Below, piece after piece: positions 23,562 through 29,271 of a stretch of 29,271 nucleotides of DNA (its first letter is position 1; each line of letters opens with the position of its first letter). Location of the stretch: contig UYFQ01000476.1 in NCBI GenBank assembly GCA_900617105.1, forward strand, positions 62,001 through 91,271. Direction: 5' to 3'. A program made the position numbers and the translations under genes. The DNA is from Hydrurus foetidus (Eukaryota). The notes beneath the pieces were generated by a model that saw nothing but the letters and a program-made list of their open reading frames with translations, was not told where the DNA came from and did not search any database.

Positions 23562-24235
23562 GGCCGTTACTTACAGCATCCATAATCCCGTCTAAAATCG
23601 GTAATTTTGGGCGGGTTTTACGGGAATGCATTCCCTACTGACCCTAAATTTTGCATCCACAATTTTTTTTGAATTTGAAGAAATGGATGCGAAAAATCAT
23701 CCACAAATTGGACCAATATTCCGGCATTTTTAGCACTTGATTCCTTCGAATCTGAGTCAACCTAAGTATAACCTTCTCTAAATATGTTAGTTCAAGCACT
23801 AGACGAGGTTTCTGAGGCACAAATTACAGTCATTTCTGAATCTCAGTCATCAAACAGTCTCATGACACCCCGAGAGCAAATGACCTCCTCCAAGAGCCAT
23901 TTCAAGGCCCTATCCACTGGGAAATCGGACATTGGAGCTCCATGATGATGATATGTGGTTTAAATTGTGTTGAAAGACTAGAATAGGACAACCATGTTAC
24001 TATTGACAACCATAAAATATTTGAAATTTGAAATTAATTGAACCGATTCTAAGTTTTTAGATGAGATTCTGGCTCTTACTGTAAGGCACAACATCCATAA
24101 TGACCGATTTTGGATTCTTAATTCTGGATGCTATAAGAGACACCATCCAGAATTAAGAATCCAAAAAAATGAACAAATTTCAACCCAAAATTGCCGATTT
24201 TGGATGCGAGATTATGGATGCTGTAAGTAACGGCC
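23562..24235. mobile_element. Non-autonomous PIF/Harbinger (Tourist-like) MITE, 674 bp
   Basis: Perfect 26-bp TIR GGCCGTTACTTACAGCATCCATAATC (23562-23587 / 24210-24235), imperfectly extending to ~50 bp; TAA target-site duplication at 23559-23561 and 24236-24238; AT-rich, with no ORF in the track. Confidence 0.9.
24108..24166. repeat. Perfect 23-bp inverted repeat (13-nt loop) inside the MITE
   Basis: TTTTGGATTCTTAATTCTGGATG (24108-24130) / CATCCAGAATTAAGAATCCAAAA (24144-24166). Confidence 0.92.
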
Positions 24236-24571
24236 TAATTCTAATTCCTAAATTCCTAATTCGTATAGCTGTGGTAGTCGGAACTCGAACCCAACAAGAA
24301 TCAAGATTCGGAACATCCCAGATCTTGAACAGAAGTCGCTGACGGTTCCCAGTTCTGTTCGGGTTCTAGGTTCCGAGTTCCGAGAGAGAGTTGACGTTTC
24401 TGTTGGCTCGAATCTCCAATCTCCAATCGAATCGGTAGGGGAACTCAGAATCGCGGAAACTTTCATCAAAATATTGTAGATAGTTACAGTTCACAGTGCC
24501 AGTATTAATCAAAACGCCTGCAACTCCCAACAAAAGGCGCAAAGTTGGCGTAACGAAGTGGATCAAACAAC

Positions 24572-25294
24572 ATGAGCCGAAAACTGCAGAATTTTATTTT
24601 GATAGTAACCACGTCCTTACGAGCGACACATGGTTGCTGTCTACGTGGCAGTTCCATGCTACCATTGGCGAATCATCAAACACGAGACACCGAAAATTCT
24701 TTGCGCTTCTCGGCAATCAACCAGTTTCTCGCGAAGAGATTTCCAGAAAGTGATCAGCCTGCCAGGGAATCAAAAAATAATCTACTAGCAGCTGATGGAA
24801 GTACTTTTTTGTCGCGTAGCTCTTGGACGTCATACTTCATCTGGTCGCATCCAATAGATGTGGACAGCGAATCAGGGACGTATTCCAGTGGAAAAAAATC
24901 CGATGTTGTTCAACCATTTGAAAATGAGTATTTCGCAGTGCTGGATGGGTCTAGCAATGAAGAAGTATCTGGCATGAACATCGACGAGATATCACCGGCT
25001 GAGGACATCTACGTAGTGTATGATGGTGATAATTATGCTGCAGACTACTCATATATGTCATATGGAGATTCCCCTGAATCCAATTATGCGCAAAATGTCG
25101 ACGATGGGCGATACACGACTGACGGTGACTACATGTTTGACAAAAAGGATTCCGACGAAAGGGAATTCGTAAAAATGGACGAAATTTTCGGCGCGTTCAC
25201 AAATCTTTTCTCCGTCACTTTGTCTTCTCCGGACAGAGAAACGTATTATATTGACGGAGGCATTAGCTTACCACAGCCTTCCCTGTGCGGCTGA
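24572..25294 (+). CDS. Hypothetical acidic (Asp/Tyr/Ser-rich) protein, 240 aa
   Basis: 723-nt ATG ORF with a biased D/E/Y/S-rich C-terminal half and a short hydrophobic N-terminal stretch; start uncertain (alternative ATG at 24656). Confidence 0.55.
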   Translation: MSRKLQNFILIVTTSLRATHGCCLRGSSMLPLANHQTRDTENSLRFSAINQFLAKRFPESDQPARESKNNLLAADGSTFLSRSSWTSYFIWSHPIDVDSESGTYSSGKKSDVVQPFENEYFAVLDGSSNEEVSGMNIDEISPAEDIYVVYDGDNYAADYSYMSYGDSPESNYAQNVDDGRYTTDGDYMFDKKDSDEREFVKMDEIFGAFTNLFSVTLSSPDRETYYIDGGISLPQPSLCG

Positions 25295-25810
25295 TTGCGG
25301 AACCACCAAGGAACCTACCTTCCTTTTTTTTTTCATGTTTAACACTGACAGTCGTTGCATCAGTACCTCGTACGTTTTTACCTTTTTTCGCTTTGCAACT
25401 GAGTGGTGGCATGACCAGCCGATTGTCTTGGGAAAGACGCGCAGTAGTATTTCACTTCCCCCTCCGTTTATCGCGATCGAATCCACCGATGCTGAATTGT
25501 TTGTCACGTGTCTCCCATGCGTAATATGGAAATGTGCAATCAATTCTTGCTGACCTTAACAAAATATTTAGTTTTTTAGTTTTCTTCTTCAATATGCCTC
25601 ACGGTTCGAGGGCTTCAAGTGCGGCTGCGAAATAAGTTACTCTTCCTATATGGCGTCAAAGGAATCCACACAAAACCGCAGTAAGAAAATTCCCGTGTAA
25701 AGTAAACATCAACTCAGTGTAAAGGTCACTTTGTATTTTCGTCCTTTCTTCAACTTCGTGTAAATGGGTCATTCTTCGTCACAGAAGGGCGATGTGAAAA
25801 CAGAGAAGTC

Positions 25811-27868
25811 TTATCCTACAAACTTTTGAATCGCTTGCAGTGATCCCAATGCCAGACGGTCCGCATCTTCTTGAGTCTTCCCCTCTGCGTACACTCTCAT
25901 GACGTCCTCTGTTCCTGAAGGTCGAACAAAACACCGCCCTAAAGGGATTTCTCTCATCAATCTCTGCAACTCTTTCTGCAAGTCGACAGGAGAGACGACA
26001 GAAGTCTCATCCTCAGAGCATTGTACTATGGCTTTATTCGACACTGGGACTTTGAGTTGTTTACTGGGCAGGTCGGTGTATATCTTGTGCCATGTCGGGA
26101 TGTCTATTGACATTATCTATAACAAACAAAAATGTGAATGTAAACATTAAGTTCGTTAGTCATGTACGTATGAGGGCAATCAATATTTTTTGAAGAAGAA
26201 TGTTTTTTACCTCTAGAGCAGCAAGTGTGACGAGCATGTCACTCACTGCATCCCCGACAGCTTGGTTGATAGCAAGGGTACAGGCCTGTGACGATGCAAT
26301 AGTAATATAATTGAAATTAGTTAACAAATAAAGATCATAAAAAGATAGCAAGGTACATCATATAAATGCATTGACGTTTGAGAGTACAGAAAGCCACGGC
26401 ATATGTATATATTTGATGAGGAAGTAATCAAGATCTTTACTTGTTCTACATCCTCGGATTGATTTACATGAACAGGGTAAGTTACTTACATGTAGCCTTT
26501 TTATTGCTAACTTGGCCCGTCTGTTCTCTTCAGAATTCAAGGAGATTTCGTTTTTCAGGACTTCAGCTTGTAACCGCTTCGTAAATCTTTCCGAGAAGAG
26601 CACCGTACCATGTCCGTTCGCCTCAAAGTAGACCCCTATATCAAACTGGTGCGCCTTATGGTGCAAATACTTCACACCTGTCTTCGCCATGATGACCGCA
26701 ATGTTTTCGCTTTTTAGGAATATTGTCGATGCTCCATTGGCGTATGCGGTCTGAACCACTCCTAAGCTGTATTCATCGCGAAGACCAGAAGCCTCCAGCT
26801 CTTGCGAGAGAAACAGGGAAAAAAGGGCAGCGATTTTGTCCCCATCAAGAAGAATCCATTTCTTATCTTCGGCCAGGAAGGAATGGAACACAATGCGGTC
26901 AGCATCACCATCGAAAGAACAAAGAATCTTCCCGCTGTCGGTTTCAGATTCTAGTCCTTTGGGAGGGAGTTGTCCTTTTTGAACGAATTCTGCCCCACAA
27001 CCGTCATTGACTGGTCCTAAGAACGCACCATTACGAAGGTCAACTTGCAAAGCATTGGGACATATTTCATTAAATGCTTTGGTGAACTCCATGACTGAGA
27101 TAGATCCGATGCCGTGTGATCCGTCAACCACAATGGACTTCGGAGTGATACCCTGACCGGGCAGAGCAGCAGATTCCATAAGGGCCATGTAGCCCTTTCC
27201 TAAGATATCATGATAATTCGCAACAGCTGCATGTACATCCAAGTGCACCAGAGGAAACGAGGTGGCTTCCTCATTGGCTTTCTGGACAATGAAATGTAGT
27301 TGTGGCGTCGTCACTAAGCCAACGTCATGAACAGTTGCGCCAAAAGCCTCCGCGCCTCTAGTAATGCATTTGACCAGATCCTCACTATGAGGGCGGGTAT
27401 CCCGACCAACCACAACCACGCTTGGAGCTGATTCTTTCGCAATATTTGTTGCAGCAATTCGTTTGATCGTTGCGAGGATATCATCCGTATTTCTCGCATT
27501 TACAAGTTCCTCCGCGAATGGTTCCCACGTCTGCACCATCATACCACCATCGGCGTCGACAACTTTGACACCGTTGTCGCATTCTGGATTGTGGGAGGCA
27601 GTTACCATTACGCCAATGCATCTTGATTCCACGGATTGACTGCGTAATCCAGCCTGAGTTTTGTTTTATTTTTTAAAGACATCAATTTTACTTCACAGAA
27701 GCGACAAATATTATCGGACGAACTTAATGCTCTCACCACGATACCCATTTTCACGAAAACAGAATGCAGTGGTAATGCAACGTTTTCGCGAAACCCAGCA
27801 GTTCCATAACTCAGCTTTTTTTCTTGGGGCGCGTACATCTGAAGAGCATCTGAGAGATTCGACGCCAT
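25811..27868 (-). CDS. PGM3: Phosphoacetylglucosamine mutase (558 aa, 4 exons)
   Basis: Exons 27868-27737, 27653-26490, 26285-26211, 26116-25811 (1677 nt). Motifs YGTAGFR, phosphoserine loop TASHNP, metal loop DGDADR, YFEANGHG, NQAVGDA, FVRPSGTED. Confidence 0.96.
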
Positions 27869-28118
27869 TACGGCAATATTGAACACTTGAAATTGTTGCG
27901 GTCGCGAAACCTACGCCTTTTCTTCTCAGCCTCGACAATGATATTCGTTGGGGCCGTAACTGTGATGAGTCACATATTATATGAAATAATGGAATCCAAA
28001 CCTCCGCCTTCTCATCAAACGCTCAAACCTCAAACCCTCGCACGACCTTTCCAAAAATTTATAAAGTTTAAAACATAGACTCAACCGGTTGGTTTGGGGT
28101 TTGTGATCTATACGGTTA

Positions 28119-28344
28119 TTCAAAATACAGAATACGAATATTCAGGAGTGATGCGGTCACATTTGAGCTCTATCGATGAGAAATTTATTACTTAGACGTA
28201 TTTTCATTCGTTGACACTTTGCGATTGTCCTAAAAGTTGTCTACTTTATGTGATGGCATGCTTAACTTTTTGAAATGAATGTTCATATTTAGTGGAAGCG
28301 AGTTTTGTACTTTTCAAAATACAGAATACGAATTTTCAGGAGTG
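28119..28344. repeat. 32-bp direct repeat pair upstream of PGM3
   Basis: TTCAAAATACAGAATACGAAT(A/T)TTCAGGAGTG at 28119-28150 and 28313-28344, one mismatch. Confidence 0.85.
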
Positions 28345-28470
28345 TTCTCTTAATTGAAAACCTTGTAACTTCTTAAAGACATATCGGATTGAGCTAAGAA
28401 ATGGATGACATGTAGCTGACAATAGGGTCTACAAACGCTGTTGGCTAGCCCAAGTAAAAATGCTTCTAGA

Positions 28471-29082
28471 ATGATAGAGAACAAAAGCAAGATTTCACAC
28501 TCAAAAGCGCCAAATTCTCAACTTCAAGGATATAGGTCCAAGAAAGTTTTTGAAGATAGACAAATGACGCCCGCACACAAGTTAACAGTCAGGATTTTCA
28601 GGAGAAAGATCACAAACAATTACTCAGTGCGCTTTCAATATCTGCGTTTTCGCCAAAAACGACCCAAAATGCGCGAAAAAGGGCAACCCACGCCAAACTT
28701 GCCGCTGACGATGAAAACACGTAAGAAGTTGGGAAAACTCTATTCTTATTTGTTAAGACAAGTGCGTAAACAAGCCACCCTAGAAATTACTTTCTACAAC
28801 GAGTCAGTCGTATTTGAAATTGTGCAAACGAAAAACGACACTTTCACAGTTGAGAACACAGCAACCAGCAATCACCAAGTCACAGAAATTTGCGCACTAC
28901 AATTCAGCACAATAAAATGCTTGTATGCTAAGTTACAGTCCATAGCAATGCAAACTGACGGCAAAAATTTCCAAAAATTGACTCAGGACGGCTCCACGAC
29001 CAAATATCTTCACAAGGAAGCCGCAGAAAGCCCAAAGAAGCGCGGAATCAAGTCGGGAGGACTCGGATTAGTTGGGAGATGA
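28471..29082 (+). CDS. Possible Lys/Thr/Gln-rich hypothetical protein (~203 aa from first ATG)
   Basis: Open frame of ~610 nt divergent from PGM3; A-rich strand bias could produce it by chance; no motif recognised. Confidence 0.25.
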   Translation: MIENKSKISHSKAPNSQLQGYRSKKVFEDRQMTPAHKLTVRIFRRKITNNYSVRFQYLRFRQKRPKMREKGQPTPNLPLTMKTRKKLGKLYSYLLRQVRKQATLEITFYNESVVFEIVQTKNDTFTVENTATSNHQVTEICALQFSTIKCLYAKLQSIAMQTDGKNFQKLTQDGSTTKYLHKEAAESPKKRGIKSGGLGLVGR

Positions 29083-29271
29083 CATGTCATTATGTTCCAG
29101 TCAGAAATGAATGTTTTAGATTTTCCTGCACGCTGGTGAGAGCTTAAAAGACAGGAGACAGTAATCTCAAAAGACAGGAGACGAAACGAGGGTTCAGTGG
29201 TGAAATGAGCCCGATCGTTTTAGAGAATCTGAAAATGCAGGAGACGGGTCCGATTGAGTGTGCGGGTTCAT

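Noticed and set aside
21660..24238. Orphan ORF plus MITE as one autonomous Harbinger element
   Set aside because: The TIRs and TSD enclose only 23562-24235; no matching TIR upstream of the ORF and no DDE transposase in the window.

Overview
Gene-dense eukaryotic nuclear DNA with short GT-AG introns and the standard genetic code; a flagellated protist, probably a stramenopile, is inferred from gene content and intron style. Hand splicing gives frame-consistent models for: an 8-exon, 480-aa gene missed by the ORF track, built from about 7 copies of an unrecognised ~30-aa basic/Gly repeat (94-2635, -); a ZMYND10/BLU homologue lacking its MYND finger, head-to-head with it; a 100-aa putative single-TM protein; a PDZ-PH-ankyrin-FYVE-R-SNARE protein head-to-head with a CUE-PDZ-PX-VPS9 protein; RRP12; presenilin; two or three orphan ORFs; and phosphoacetylglucosamine mutase (PGM3/AGM1). 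A 674-bp PIF/Harbinger (Tourist-like) MITE with TAA target-site duplication lies at 23562-24235. The best leads are the exon-phased repeat protein beside ZMYND10 and the divergent pair of endosomal multidomain genes (Rab5-GEF-like plus FYVE/SNARE effector-like). Domain calls come from motif recognition by eye; no database searches were run.
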